This document shows positions 12,643 to 25,400 of a DNA stretch of 64,000 nucleotides, piece by piece. Position 1 is the first letter of the stretch, and each line of letters starts with the position of its first letter. Origin of the DNA: the human T2T-CHM13v2.0 reference genome, Homo sapiens; NCBI RefSeq assembly GCF_009914755.1, contig NC_060934.1. The stretch is one strand, 5' to 3'. Below the pieces are notes generated by a model that was given only the letters and a program-made list of their open reading frames with translations, was not told where the DNA came from and did not search any database. A program made the position numbers and the translations under genes.

Positions 12643-13582
12643 TCGTGCAACTTCCTAGGGAATCTGCATCAGGAGAAAGAAGCGGCTAGGACACACAGTG
12701 GCTTCGCTCAGCCTGGCCACGACATCACTGTGCAGAAGAAGAGATCTGTCAGGGGTCCAGAGGAGCGGAGTCCTGGAGCCTCTGGGAGGGTGGCATGTGG
12801 CAGCTGCAGGCTGTGGTCCAGAACTATGAGCAGACTTGCCTGTCACTCTCCAAACATTTACTGAACACCTACTGTGTGCCAGGCCCTGTGCTTTGTCAGG
12901 CTCTGGGGGAGACAGGTCATTACTCTGCAGTGTGGGAAGCGGGGCTGCCCTGGAAGTGTGTACTCAGTGCTGTGGGGGTACAGAGGGAGGGCTGGAGAAC
13001 TTAGCTGGTGGGAAAGGAGGGTTCTGGAAGGCTTCTCAGAGGTAGTGGCATTGGGCCAGAACTTACAGTAGGGAAGAGCATGTGGCAAGGCACAGAGGAG
13101 ATGGGAGCCTGCCTGGTGAGGGGTCCAGTGGTGACAGAGCTCAGTGTGGGTCCAGAGATGGTGTCAGGTGAGGGCTGAGAGGGGAGGGCAAGTGCCCCTT
13201 GAGATGGGCTGAACGTGATGATGATCTGTGGCCAGTGGGAGATGATAGAAGTCTTGAGGTTGGGAATATAAGAATTAGGTCTCTTTTAGAAAGAGAGGAC
13301 ATGGAGAAAATCCATATATTTTTAGCTACCAAAAAAGAGAAGGAAGAAAGAAAAGAAATAAGAAGAGAAGCAAGACAGAAAAGAAGGAAGAGAGAAGGAA
13401 GAATGGCAAAGGAAGGAAGAAGGAGAGAAGGAAGGAAAAACAAAGGAAGGAGAAAAAGGGAAGGAAAGAAGAAAGGAAGGAAAAAAGGAAGGAGGGAGGG
13501 GAGGAAGGAAAAGAAAAAGAAGGAAGGAAGGAGTCCTAGCCACTTCTTTCTCCTGATGCAGATTCCCTAGGAAGTTGAACGA
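12643..13582. repeat. Inverted repeat: 12648-12692 and 13533-13577 (45 bp core, 50 bp extended)
   Basis: CAACTTCCTAGGGAATCTGCATCAGGAGAAAGAAGCGGCTAGGAC versus its reverse complement with one mismatch. Confidence 0.97.
12850..13100 (-). mobile_element. L2 LINE 3' fragment
   Basis: CAAACATTTACTGAACACCTACTGTGTGCCAGGCCCTGTGCT is the typical reverse of the L2 3' end. Confidence 0.7.
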
Positions 13583-13624
13583 AGAAGGAAGGAAGGAAGA
13601 AAGGAGAGAAAGGAGGAAGGAAAA
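13331..13624. repeat. GA-rich (GGAA/GAAA) polypurine tract interrupted at 13533-13582
   Basis: Directly visible low-complexity purine run. Confidence 0.92.
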
Positions 13625-15578
13625 TGAATCTCATTCATTTTGAGGGGCATCTTCATTACACAGCGTGGGGAGGGAAGCATAATTCACTCTTAAGAAACCA
13701 ACCACACCAGCCAGGGCCCATCTTCTGACAATATCCTGAAGGGTTCGAATGTTTGTCTTCGGTAGGGAGTGCCACACATTTAATATCAATGCAGGGTCCT
13801 GATGGGCACTGCCACATACCCCCAGGACAAACGGAAAAATCCACACAGCAGAAACAAGCAGTTGGCAAAAGCTGTCCTCATGCTACTTGGCAATTCAATC
13901 ACCCTCCCTTCACTCCCACACCTATCTCCGGGTGTTGCCCGTACAGTGTGTCATGTAAATAGCATCTAGCATTTAAAGGTCAAATTTGATGAGTCTAATC
14001 AATCTTAGCAGTGTTCCAGTTCATCACGTATACCCATATTTAAGGACTTTTAAAGTAATTTGGATTTTTAACTCAAAAGACGATGTGTACCCCTTGGGGC
14101 ATGCGTGTGTTCTTAGGAACACCAGCGTGTGGTATTTCCTGTGTCCTCTCATGCATGCTCAGCATGTCACTGTTGTACTCATTCCCTGGCACGGAAGAAT
14201 TGTTGCACATCTTTAATAGAAGCCAAAGCCCATGATTTGATGGTTTCAAGAGCCTAAAATCTGTATTTGGAGAGAGGAAGTCTACTCTTAACTGTGAGAG
14301 TTAAGAGTATCACCATCAAGGCGCAAGGCTTCAGTCTTATCCCGGACAATCCTCAGGGATTGGGTTTGATGTCGGGGGAGCATTGGATGCCATCACGTTG
14401 ACACTCAATTGATTGGGTGACCCAAGATGGTCAGTTTCCTAAGGACCAGACCATAGTGACTGCTCATGCATCGGCTGAAATACCAAACACCCTGCACCAA
14501 AAGACTCAGCTTGACATTGCTTTGCACTCAACTCATGTATTACCAAATCTTTGCTTGAATTATTAATAGTAACCAAACTCTCTGCTCTAACAACCTTCGA
14601 ATGTCAAGTTCCCTTGCAAGCTGAAATTGTTCCAAACCTCAACACTCCTGTTTTACAACAAACATGTAAATACAACCTCTTTTGGAGTGCAGAAACATTT
14701 GCGGAGTCTGGTGTGCCACCAACCCCATCAGGATTTCCCCAGGGGAAAATGGCTAACTCTGGATCACAAACAGCACAAATTAAAAAGGTGCCTTGCCTGA
14801 TGCCCATTACCACCTGGGGTGGTTTTTCTAGACACCAGAATAGGCCAGATTTAATTTTCACAGGCTCATCTGGGAGAAGGATCAAATCCTGCCATCTGGA
14901 TGTGCATTATTAATGCTGGTGTTTGGTGAGGAAGCTCCTAGGAATGCATAGATCTCTCCTTCTGCCATAGTATGTCGTGTGTAGTGGATGCCAGTAGACA
15001 ACTTTAGCCACTCCTGTCCGTCCTTCTTCATGGAACACACTCATTTCGCCACACGGAGGCTTTACTCTGCCCAGTGTCCAATGGGAGAACCATCCCTTCC
15101 CTTTAGTGAGAGGACAGCTGGCTAAATGCTATCCTCAGTCCTCCTGGAGGCTCCTAGTAATGAGGGCACTGAACACCAATTCTTTACATTCCTTGAATTT
15201 TCATAGATTCTATTTTTTTCATGTCTGTGAAAAGTGGGGTGGGGAACTCACACCAACCATAGCTTGGGGCATCCAGAGAGTGGCTAGTAGATGATAGAAG
15301 GGAGTCCAGTTAAGGAAACCTAAGGTATGTGCCAGCTGGTTTAGCATTCAATATGGAAATGCACTTTATATTTATTTGCACACATCAAGAATACTTTTGG
15401 AAACCAGGATTTAGAAAAATAAAAGATATTTCTTTCCTGGGGACAAAGTGACCTGCAAATGATTGGCTTCTGTACAATGTTGCAATCCCTTAATGTCAGA
15501 CTCTTAGGAAAATGGGTGGGACATCTGTGTGTTTGTGTTGGAGTGAATGTGCCCATAACCCTGTGCTCCCATAAGTCT

Positions 15579-15829
15579 GTGTGCCCGTGATCATATGCAT
15601 ATGGGTGAATGTTTGTGTGCCCATGATTTTATGCATATAGGTGAATATTTGTGTGCCCATGAGCATATGCATATGGGTGAATGTTTGTGTGCCCATGAGT
15701 ATATGCATACGGGTGAATGTTTGTGTGCCCATGAGTATATGCATATGGGTATATGTTTGTGTGCCCGTGATTATATGCATATGGGTGAATGTTTGTGTGC
15801 CCGTGATTATATGCATGTGGGTGAATGTT
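15579..15829. repeat. 36-bp minisatellite, 7 copies
   Basis: Unit GTGTGCCCRTGAKYATATGCATATGGGTGAATGTTT starting at 15579, 15615, 15651, 15687, 15723, 15759 and 15795. Confidence 0.97.
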
Positions 15830-16195
15830 CATGAACACAAACAGCTACACTCGGAGTAGAAAACAAATGAAGCAAAAGTTTAGCATCCTCTCATGTGTGT
15901 CAACATTGTAGTTTTACATTTACTTTCTTCTAATCTATTAAACATAAGTATGGCTCCATTTTTTTAGTATTACCAGAAGCCCTCCCAATACGGCAATATT
16001 ACCTTCTGTGTAATCCACTTGCCAACAGCTGTTTTCTGTTGAAATGGGACTCAAGAATTTTGAATCCAAGGCCAATGCTGCCTGCTCTGTTTACAATGGT
16101 TTGTGTTTTGTGGATACATATCAAATGCTGTAATATATTTTTATGATAGAATTGATGGTTAATACAGGGAAAAAGTATATATTGTGATTCTGTCC

Positions 16196-16201
16196 AATAA
16201 A
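16196..16201 (+). terminator. Candidate distal polyadenylation signal AATAAA
   Basis: Canonical hexamer after an AU-rich, repeat-free block containing TGTAATATATTTTT; MIR-rich intergenic-like DNA begins shortly after. Confidence 0.6.
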
Positions 16202-16639
16202 GCCTCCTGTTATAAAATCTCTTGCACACTTTTGATGACCTGATGTAAACACATTTTAAGGTACAGGTTAATTGCCAGAAATGTTAGTTCCACGTAATTT
16301 CATGGTGACACCAAAGTTTCTATTTCTTCTCTTTCCTGTCTTCCAATATTGTACCCCTTTTCTCTCCCATTTCCAATGCCCCAGGTGCTCCTGCCCACCC
16401 CCGCAGCCTTCTGAGTAGTAGGTATTCATCCTTTGGGGGGCCATCTCTTAACTTGCCCAAAACCACAGCAGCCCTCCCCTTCCCAAACACCCCTGACCAG
16501 GGGGATGCGTATTCCCCACCCTTTCAAATACCTTGCAATTTTTGCCACTTTGGCCCAGTTCCTCAGGCTTTGCTAGATGACTAATTAACTTCTTGGATCT
16601 CAGAAACAGAGTAGGAGGGGCCTGGGAGAAGGAGGACCA

Positions 16640-17500
16640 GACTTCTTGGTTGCCTGCTGTGTGCTTGGCACTTTGCTAGGGGTCTTGGCTATAGTTTCTC
16701 ATAGAGCTCCAGAGGTGGGGCTTCTCAATTAGTAGATGCAGGGACTGAGTTCAGAGAGGTTAAATGACTTGCCCAGGATCACACAGTAAGGGGGCATAGA
16801 GATTTGAACCCAGGTGTGACTGATACTAAACTCCTATTTTTACCAAATCCATGAAGACGCTTCCTGAACTTAGAGATGATTCAGCAAAGGCCTCTCTTTT
16901 ACAGCTGGGGAGACTGACGCCTAGAGAAGGAACTGACTTCCTGATATCAGATACTAGAACTTATAAGTCCTAGGATCTTAGGCAAGTTACTCCATTCTTT
17001 CAAAACTCTCTACTATTTTCTGGTTCAAATATCAGATTTGCCTCTTTCTATCCTAGCACATTCCCCTTTCTGTGGCACCATTTCCTCCCCTCCAAATGGG
17101 GAGAAGGACCCTCTATTCCTCAAGGTCTTGTGAGGATTAAATCAGCATGGCACATAAAGCACATAGCAGGTGCCTCACATCTGCAGACACCAGAGGCCCA
17201 ATCCACATCACAGTGGCTCTCACGGGACTGGGGTCCCCCAGGCCTCAGCTACTGCTTCCTTAGGACAGTACTTCCTTCTCAGCCAAAGAATTAACATAAA
17301 ATTAATATCCTAACATGAACAGCGACTAAGAACCAGAGCACACATGATCAAATTACCAGCATTGCCACTAACTGGCTGTACCTCCTAGAATTAGTGACTT
17401 ATCCTCTCTATGCCTCAGTTTCCTTGTGGATAACACCGGCTAGCATCACTACTGAGTCATCATGCTTCAGGCACTCAGAACAGCACTTGACACAGGGTTA
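16640..17500. mobile_element. Cluster of MIR fragments in both orientations
   Basis: Repeated MIR core motifs, e.g. ACTGAGTTCAGAGAGGTTAAATGACTTGCCCAGGATCACACAG...GATTTGAACCCAGG and TGCCTCAGTTTCCT. Confidence 0.7.
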
Positions 17501-18599
17501 GCCGCACAGTCAACATTGCCAGTCAGCCTCAGTGCTGTCTTTTTAGATAGCACTCTGTCTCCATAGAGGGGGTGTAAAGGCAGGCATGGGAGAGATTGTG
17601 GATGAGGGGACTGGGCTGGGGATCCCTAACCTTGTTCACACCCATAGTGCTTACAACATTACAGCTTGATCCATTTCTGAGTGAATTTGCACAGCAGTTT
17701 CAAGCCTGACCCTGGGGCCAGGTATTTGAGCAAGAAGATCCAGACGTGATGCAGCCGGGTATCCCGTGGTGCTCGATGGCCCAGCACCCACCTGGGACTA
17801 ATGCAGCTGACTCTAACTTCACTAGGCCCGTAGAGAATGGACATTGTGTATGGGGCTTCACTCCTGGGAAGTGAAGGAGTGGCAGGGGCCCCACAAACAT
17901 TCTCTTAAGGTGGGCTCCAGGCCACTGTTCTAAGCAGACGGACCTCTTCTTGCCCTCCAATGCTGAATTTGGCTGTCTTCAGGGGAGTTGTGAGTTTCCT
18001 TGTAGGTCAGCCCAGCCCCAGAAGAAAAAGGAATCAGGAAAGCTGCTGTAACTGGGAATGGGAATGGGATGCTTCAGTCTGTGGGGGCCACTCTCCCCAG
18101 CATGGGAGCATCTCTAATATCAGCTCCAGGGGAAGACCCTTATGCTGCCTAACGCTGTGAGTAGCTACCTACCCTGAACACCTATCCAGTCCCAGATGCT
18201 GCACTAAATACTCCAAAAACACCATCTCATTTAATACCTCAATATTCCTAGGAGGTGAGTGTCTTTCTTATCCCATTTTACCATTGAGGAGCCCCCAGGG
18301 ATGGAGCAACTTGTGCAAGGTCACACAACTGCTCCCAGAAAGGCCAGCTCCATCTCTCTAGCTCCTAATGCCTCTCCCTTCTGCAGGGGCCCCGCAGGCA
18401 AGCTCGGGAGCACCCAGGGAACCACTGTCCCAGCGTCAATATCCACACTGCGACTTACACTCCCTCTTTGGTGACTTTCAACAAGAGTTTAAGATGGATA
18501 TTTACAGAATCACATTCCCTCTTGGCTTCTAACTTATGTCATTTGGCCTGATACAAGGGTCTTCACTCTCTTAGCTGTAATTTTCTCAACTTTAAAAAT

Positions 18600-20300
<1,701 letters not shown>

Positions 20301-20464
20301 TAACAAGGAAAGCTGTTTCTCTCTAAGATCTCTTCTAGCTCCTGGAAACCTTGACAAATATGCAGAATTACCTTCTCATTATGAAAATTCTTCGCTTTTT
20401 CACACTGCCTTAAATTCTCCCAATAAAATGAAATTCATCTATGCTAACTCATCTTCTTTTAGAG

Positions 20465-20847
20465 CAGGGGTCTTTAACCTTTTGTGTGGGCCTGTTGCCA
20501 GCCTGGGAAACCTATGGACTCCTCCAAATAGCACATTTCAAAGAAGGAGGTAAAATAGATAAGATTTCTAAGGAAGCCAGTAATATTAAAATATAGTTAC
20601 CAAAATATTTTTAAATACTTGCATTTGCAATATAGTAATATATGTACTTTGTTAGCACATTAAATGACAAGATCTAGTGGCAGCCTAAACATTACCATCA
20701 TTCCAAAATATGAGCTGAAACAATATTTCAAATGCCTGCAACAATTGTAAAGTGATATCAAGATGCATGTGCTTTCTGTTGGTGACAAAGTCACAAGCCA
20801 CCTGACATCCCTATAATCTATTCCTCACTTGCAATTGAAAGTAATAC

Positions 20848-20886
<39 letters not shown>

Positions 20887-21271
20887 TTGAGACAGAGTTT
20901 TGTTCTTGTTGCCAAGGCTGGAGCAATGGCGTGATCTTGGCTCACTGCAACCTCTGCCTCCTGGGTTCAAGCGATTCTCCTACCTCAGCCCCCCAGGTAA
21001 CTGGGATTACAGACACCCACCACCACACTCGGTTAATTTTGTATTTTTAGTAGAGACAGGGTTTCTCCATGTTGGTCAGGCTGGTCTCAAACTCCTGACC
21101 TCAGGTCATCTACCTGCCCTAGGCCTCCCAAAGCGCTGGGATTACAGGCATGAGCCACCGCGCCTGGCCAATACTAAATTTTAATTAGAAGTTAGTGAGA
21201 ATGAAGACCTAATTTTCCATCCGACTTCATAGATTGAATTCTGTCTATGGAACCCAGTTTGAGAACCCCTA
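20465..21271 (+). mobile_element. hAT-Charlie DNA transposon (Charlie4a/MER80-like), split by an Alu
   Basis: Termini CAGGGGTCTTTAACC / TTGAGAACCCCT; internal TTGGTGACAAAGTCACA and GTTAGTGAGAATGAAGA; homologous to 30009-30458. Confidence 0.7.
20848..21169 (-). mobile_element. Alu (AluSp-like) with (TTTA)n tail
   Basis: Full antisense dimer, with AATACT on both flanks. Confidence 0.95.
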
Positions 21272-22264
21272 GTTTAACAAGTGATTTACACCTAGTGTGA
21301 AATTTTTAATCAGATTTATTTCAGTTAACTCTGAGACTACCCCCTCACACACAGGAAGGTGAAAAGAAGGCTTGGAGCACCAGCTAGGGAGGACAGGGAG
21401 GACAGGAAGGCCTCTGAGGGTGGGCAGAGCTGGAGAATGGACGCAAAATCAAGATGGGAAGGAGCCGCCTCAAGATTTCATGGGTGTGGTGGTGGGGGAC
21501 CTGGTTTAGCTTCTCTCCTGTTCTAGACAGCTCTACAGAGACAGAGCTCAAGGGAGCGTTTTCTACAGGTTCCCCGTCCGGAATGCCCAGCTCCTATGGG
21601 CCCTAACTGAGGCACTAGAGGAAGGATGGACGAGCAGAGCCAGGAGTGGGCACGCCTTTGTGCCCAGCCTTCTAGGTCTCCTGGGTTGGGCAGGACACAG
21701 AGCAAAACCCCTTCCCCAACTCACACAGCTCCAGTCAGCTGCTGGCTGTTGGCAGGGCAAGGCCCACCCCCCAGAGCCCACCCCCCACAAGCTGTCCTCT
21801 GAGACCTCACTGCCACAAGGGTGAACTCCCACCCAGGGTTCTGGGCTTTGCTTCAGGGTGCTTTGCTCTCTGCCCAGAAAAACATCCCCCAGAAAAGGAA
21901 AGACAAAGGGGTGGTTACCTGCTGACCTCCCCACAGGTTTACCCTGAACCGAGGCCCAGAGAGGGGAAGGGACCTGGCCGAGGTCTCCAGGAGGTCGGGG
22001 ATGTGCTGGTGCCCTGCCAGCCCTGGGCTTCTGCCCTCTCCTCCCCTCAGACCAGCTCCCAGGGGAATGTGAAGAAAGGAGGGCCACAGGCACCAGTGAG
22101 GCCACCCTGGGGACAAACAGGTGGTTAGAGGCAGCTCAGACCTCAGACATTATCCAGGGTACTTTTATAAACAGGAAAAATGTGGCCGGGCAAAGAGTAG
22201 AGGCTCCTGCTAACACCACCAGCTGGTAGGTGGTGAAACCGCACATTAGCCCTTGGATACGTGA

Positions 22265-22436
22265 TTCCCCAGCCTGACCATGTATTAGAATCACCTGGAT
22301 TGCTCACTCAAAACATGTCTGCTGGCATCAGGCCTGACGCTACAGAATCAGCAGCTCTGTAGAGGGGCCTAGCATCTGCACCATCAATGAGCAGCCCAGA
22401 TAGCTCCAGTGTGCAGCCAGGTTTGGGGCCCATGGC
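22265..22436. mobile_element. MER5-type hAT MITE
   Basis: TTAGAATCACCTGG...CTACAGAATCAGCAGCTCTG..GGGGCCTAGCATCTGCA...GCAGCCAGGTTTGGGG. Confidence 0.65.
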
Positions 22437-25400
22437 ACTGAGCCATTCCCAAGTATAGCCTAGGAAGAGATCCTGAGCTGTGGGCAGAGGGAGGGAAGAG
22501 CTCGGGGAGAGCATCTGGTTCAAGACACTTGATTCACTTCTTTTTGTTGGTTACATCTAAAACTAAGGATGGGTGGCTGGGGCGGGAGCCAGAATTTAGT
22601 CTTAGCTGAGCTGGGGGCCAAGTGGAGTGTGCCCTGAGGCTTGGGACAGGAGCATGTGGGTGGGACTTCCCATCCCTGACCCCCACCCTTATCCTGCCCT
22701 TCAGTGGCTATGAGAGATGGCAACCAGGTCACAGGGCTGGACTTTGTCGTCTCAAGCCCCAAGGAGTAAAGCTGGGCAGGGCTTTGGCCTGGATCAATGG
22801 CCTTAGGACTCAGCCCACACGTAAGTGGGGTGAGTGCAGCGCAGGACAGCGTCTGTGTTCTCCAGAATCTGTCTTCACTCTGACTCAATCACCAGGGGAT
22901 TCTGCACCCCGGTCTTCGTAGAAATGCACCTCTGAGTTTCAGTTTAGCTCCCTGCCCATCACGTCACCACAGTGGTCCATGGAATCTGATGCGTCCCGCA
23001 GCTCAGCCCTTCCACCTTGCCCAGTGTGCCCTCCTCACCGACAGCTCCCGCTCCCAGCCCCCTGCCTCTCCACTTCTAGGGCTGCAATCTGCTTCTGTCT
23101 CCTCCTTGGATCACACACTTGGACCCAGCTCCCTGTTTTGCTCTGGGCTCTGCTTTCTCTTGTGGAGTTGGTGTCACCAAGGTCTCAGGTGAGAAACTCC
23201 TTCCTGCCGTGTGACTGTCTGCGGAGAAGTGGGGCACCCTGTGGGGGATGGGATAAAAGGGGTGTCCATGCACTCCAAGCTGTGGCCCCTTGGGTTATAG
23301 ATCAGTTTTTATCCAAAGACCCTTGTGATGAGTCCAGGCTTGAGTTTAGTCCCTATTCCAAGACATGAGTTTGCATTTCTTCTTTCATTGGAAGATGACA
23401 TTTCAAAAACTTTCCTTGGCTTTCAAAAAGCTTAGCATTAGATGATAGAAATCAGCTCATGGGCCCCTTGCTTTTAGGTGATGTTTATTCTGTTTCATCC
23501 TTGAATATCAATTTGTCGTGCATCCAAACTCGCTATGTCAAACCTTTTGAATGAATGCAGGGTATACGTCTTAAATTAACTCCATAAAACTTGAGTAGCT
23601 AGCATAGAAATTTAAGGAGTATGTGAGCAGGACGTTATTTCCCCCAGTTCACCTGGCCTTCTTGCACTCAGTGCTTTCAGCAGCTGTAGGGCGTTTTGTG
23701 TGAAGTTATTGACATGAAGGGATGGGAGTGAAATCAGTTATCAGATAACAAACAAGTGCTCTCATGTCTGATGGGTAGAAGAGGGGGCAGTCACTTCCTC
23801 AACACGTGAGATGACACTGACTTTGCAGTGAGCTCTCCCCAGGAAAGAGGAGGAGCTCTGGGCAGGCGGGATGGGGAAGGACCCTGCGGGAACCATGGAG
23901 GAAGTTTGGAGCTCCCTGCTGGAGCATGCAGCCTGCAGGGCTGCAGACAGAAAACCTCGTTCCGCCCTGGTTTGGAGGTTTGCTGGCTGTGTGAACCTTG
24001 ACAATGTACCTCTCCTCTCTGAATGTCAGTTTTCTCAACTGTATAAAGGAAACAGTAATAGCTACTTTGGTTGTTTGTGAGGGTCAAACGCAACACACAT
24101 ACAGAAGCCCTATAAAATGCAAATACTTTTATCCTCAGTTCTGTGCAGAGGCCACTGGGTTTACTTATGTATTGATTCTCTCTGTCCTCTCTCCCACCCC
24201 TATCCTCCTCCCCACATGCCCTCACCTTCTTGGTTTTGCCCTCCCAGAAGTAGGGGAGTACAGTTATTCGGTTAGAGCAGTTACACTCTTGGGGGTTTGC
24301 TTCAGCCAAGAAGACAGTGAGCCGTGGGGATCGTAATTAATGGAGGCAGACTGATTAGAAATGAGCCACTGGATCGGGGTGTTTGCTGATTCATCTTGGA
24401 AACACTAGGTCCTGAGTCCCAATCGGCTTCTACCACATTGGTCATTGTTCTACTTCTGCACTGTTCTGTGCAGAAGCACCTGTGTTTACTCATAAACTTA
24501 CATATTGATTCTGTCTCTTCTCCTACCCCCATCCTCCTCCTCATATCCTAAGTGCTCAGCATGGTGCTAGGTACACAGCAGCCACTAAATAAATGTTTCT
24601 TTAATTAAATTCCCATTAATAGCTACACTGTGTGAATGGTACTTTCATGATAGATTTTTCTGTCACCCCTTGAGTTTCTGCAGACATTAGGATTCACAGA
24701 GAATGCTGTGTTCCAAGTCAAAATATTCATTATGACACATGCTGTTTGCAATTTCCACAATCCAAGTCATTACCCATAATGTGCTTGGGGAGGAAAACAA
24801 ACCTCTCTTGGAAATGCTGCCGTGTAGGGGTTGGGGTCAGAGCTCTGCCTCCAAACTCCATGACCTTTCCTGGAGCACTTCTCTGTTGACCGTGACCAGG
24901 AGGCATTCCAGGCTTGGGAGCACCAGCCAGAGGACCCCCAGCCAGATGAGATCCAGTCACACATCTCAGGCAAGGTCAGACAGCCCAGGGACCCCAGGAA
25001 TGCAGCCCACCAGATGTGTGCTAAGGACAGCATGCTTATTTGGAACGCTGGGTAACCTGTCATGCATTGCAGAAACATGGAGATCCCCCTGTTTGACATT
25101 TTCTCCTGTTAATTCCATTTTTTAAAAATAGCTGTGCGGTGTAGAAGTTTCCTCCTGGTCTCATTAGGTGTCTCCTTATAATTGCAGGTTTTAAAGCAAG
25201 CTCAAGGCAGAGCCTTTCAGAGAAATTAAACCTAAAGAGAAAGAGAAGAGAAAAAGAAAATGCGTAGGAGCTGGATAATTGCATGCCTGTGTCTCTAGGG
25301 GTGGGCTCAGGCACACAGAGCAGCAGATGGGATCTAAATTGAAGGAAAAATCGAAATGAAATGCAACTCAGACAAATGATCATCAAAGCAAGCCATGAGA

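Larger units (their letters stand above)
6981..16220 (+). other. GPR26: Putative long (~9.2 kb) 3' UTR of GPR26; 3' end approximate
   Basis: Follows the stop codon. The distal AATAAA at 16196 has upstream UGUA/U-rich and downstream U/G-rich context. A long GPR26 3' UTR fits my recollection of the annotation, but the end cannot be proven from DNA alone. Confidence 0.65.

Noticed and set aside
13141-13570. K/R/E-rich and F/L/S-rich ORFs
   Set aside because: Translation of the GA-rich low-complexity tract on either strand.
14310-14520. Possible ancient tRNA-derived SINE or structured ncRNA in the UTR
   Set aside because: Only a vague resemblance; I could not match A/B boxes or a consensus. It needs a Dfam/Rfam search.
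15579-15859. CRISPR-like 36-bp repeats and a Cys/His-rich repeat ORF (MGECLCAHEYMH)n
   Set aside because: The units are head-to-tail with no spacers and no cas genes. The ORFs in several frames arise only because the period is a multiple of 3.
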